DNA of 64,000 bases from Macrostomum lignano (taxonomy: Eukaryota), in the NCBI GenBank assembly GCA_002269645.1, contig NIVC01000722.1, positions 1-64,000 of the forward strand, in the 5' to 3' direction. Shown here piece by piece: positions 61,741-64,000 of the stretch. The position numbers were made by a program, and so were the translations under genes. The notes beneath the pieces were generated by a model. That model did not search any database and was not told the origin of the DNA. It saw nothing but the letters and a program-made list of their open reading frames with translations. The first letter of the stretch is position 1, and each line of letters starts with the position of its first letter.

Positions 61741-63547
61741 ATTACTTACAAAAAGATTAACTTGCATATTCAAATTCAAATATAAGTAGAGTTTTTTTAG
61801 AAATATAATCTAATTTAAATAACGATATTTTTAATCATAAAATATATTATGCACAAAATTAAAATAGCTAAAGATTTAAGTGAATAAAGTTTAAAAATAC
61901 ATTCATAAGCTTCTAATTCTAGAATTATGAAGCTATTATAATAATAGCCACACTTAAAAGGGTAATAGTCATTTTAGCAATCTAGACACTTTGAACTAGT
62001 TTAAGAAAAACTAACTATTTTGATAATCAGCAGTTACTATATTAGCAAAAATAGGGACATTTATAAAACAATCCTATAATCTATATAAATGAACAAATGG
62101 TATTGTTTAATAAATAAAATTCAATTCAAAAATATTTTTTATTTACAACATAAGATCAACTATATAAAACTCATAAGACACAAAAGGTAATTTTATAGGT
62201 GTAGTCAAATGCTTTAATTTTCTAGTATAGTTTAGTAATTTAGAGGCCTTGGCATTAATTTATTAGGTGATTTGTATTGTTGTATTGAGAGCCAAAGGAG
62301 AAAATGTGACTTGGTTTATGAGATTTGACTCTTTTATTCAAGTTTGATTTTTAGATATATAAGCTAAGCATTGTATTTTACATATATATAGCAGTAAAAA
62401 TTGAAAAAACAGGTTGCCATTTTCATTTTTATGAGATAATTACAATTTGGTCTAAGGTAACCAAGTCATTCTTTCTGCCTTTGGCTCTAGGTTCAACTAT
62501 GCAAACACAGTAAGTCAATGTTAGGGTCACTAGGCTACTCTAGGTATTGCAACATATTGGGAAAATAATGCTGTAGTTATTTGTTTAGCACTAGAAAGAA
62601 ACACAAACTTTCTTTTTCTATCTTTCTAGTACTAGACATTAATAAAGGCCATGGTAAGATTAAATAAGAGCTACTCTACTATGCAATATTCTTAAAATGC
62701 ATTGATTTTAGATAAAAAATATAAAATAACATGAGGAGTATTTAGCCTGTTAATAAAGCAAGTTTAAAATATTTAAATAGCTGTACCCTTTTTATTATAT
62801 CTGCATTTTTATAAATCATATATGGCATATTACTAGTGTTTGTCAAAAATAAAAATATGCTTATATTAGAAGGCAGTTATAATCAAAATTTTTCTTAATC
62901 ATATCCATATCTATGCTTAATTTTTTTCTTGTAGCCTATCTGTAGCTTTGTAGTTAATTTCATATAACTTCCCATGGCTATGTACCTATAAATGACCTTC
63001 ATGGGCTCTTTATGCTAGCTTGGTCTGAATTATTCTTAACTTTAGCCTCCACTACCCCAACCATAAAAAGTGCATGTGGCATAAAAAATCTGTTGCTTGA
63101 GTCCCAAACCCTAGTGACTTTGTATATTCTTTATATTATATTTTTGAAAGATAATTTGACATTGTATAACCCTATACTTTGCAGACTATGAGTTAATTAT
63201 TTGTCAGTTGAACTAATCAAACTTGCCTACAATGGCACAGCAAAAGCATGCATTCTCTGGCAGCACTGTGTATGCCGAACAGTTTAAGTAAGTTGATTAT
63301 TTTTTACTATATTATTAAATTAACAGTAGTACTTTTTACCCACTTCAACATTGCTGTGCCCGAATATTATAAGCGCGCACTATCACAGGCGCGCAATAGC
63401 ACAAGCGCGCAATGTCATAAGCGCGCAATATCATGAGCTTGTGCTACTGCGCTCCTATATGATAATGCGCGCTCCGCAATGTGTCCCTGGTATGTGAGCT
63501 GAGCTCTAGCAATGAATAAGCACAAACCTATCTGGCGCCATTCGCAG

Positions 63548-63920
63548 CGAGAGCACCCTAGTTGACAACCTGCTGGTTCTGTTTAACGACGTTGTCTCAA
63601 CTACGGCGGCCGCCGCCGCTCGCGGTGGCGGCTCCTCCAGCTCGCAATCGACAACGCCGCCGGCTTTCGCCAGTGCCGGCAGCTCAGCCGAGGATTGCCA
63701 GCTGCACCAGCACCATCTCAACCAGCAGCTGCAGCAGCAGCAGAACAATCATCATGGCAGTTGCGGATTGCAGCAGCACCAGAGCCAGAGGCGGCTGCAC
63801 TATGAGCAGGTGCGATGGGCCAAGTTCGATCAGCTGAGCGCCAGCGATCTGGTCGCTGAATCGGCTGCTTATCACGATGAGGCATCGACACCCCTGCTGC
63901 TGCTGCTGGGCCTTGATCAG
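63548..63920 (+). CDS. BCAS3: BCAS3-like (WD40, autophagy-related) early coding exon; gene continues beyond the window
   Basis: ESTLVDNLLVLFNDVV...YEQVRWAKFDQ...STPLLLLLGLDQ matches the BCAS3 pattern (SYMESVVTFLQDVV...EKIVWVRFE...PPLLIMIGYSD). Donor CAG|GTTTGT at 63921. The acceptor at 63547 (or 63520) is inferred. Not in the ORF track: the frame has no stop before the window end. Confidence 0.75.
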
Positions 63921-64000
63921 GTTTGTGTCACGGCCAGTGGATCATTCATTTCATGCTACTTTTTTCGGGATCAGATCGCCTGTGTATGGTGGCTGCTAAC

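Noticed and set aside
63512-63564. ATG 63512 as the BCAS3-like start
   Set aside because: Out of frame with the conserved exon (terminates at TGA shortly after) unless there is a 1-bp sequence error.

Overview
Eukaryotic (metazoan) genomic DNA; no prokaryotic features. GC-rich, poly-Q-containing spliced coding exons are separated by AT-richer introns and intergenic DNA filled with about 25 different micro/minisatellites. This style resembles the flatworm Macrostomum, but the species is an inference only. Genes that can be supported: purine nucleoside phosphorylase (PNP, +), an orphan coiled-coil gene (+), a CGRRF1-like RING gene (+), an alpha/beta-type syntrophin (-), two intronless nucleoplasmin-like paralogs (-) that share a nearly identical 300-bp core, a small membrane-protein gene (-) and a BCAS3-like exon at the right edge (+). 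A possible signal-peptide first exon lies near 4.4 kb (-). Mobile DNA: a degenerate LTR-retrotransposon gag, a pseudogenised Crypton tyrosine-recombinase element, a Tc1-like relic, a tRNA-headed CORE-type SINE, an intact-ORF piggyBac and two related GG-terminal MITE-like elements. Most long ORFs in the supplied track are stop-free translations of tandem repeats and are not treated as genes. The best leads are apparent gene conversion between the nucleoplasmin-like paralogs, minisatellites seeded at splice sites, a sharply bounded CpG-depleted block, and the piggyBac with 19-bp palindromic end motifs. All counts were made by eye; no searches were run.
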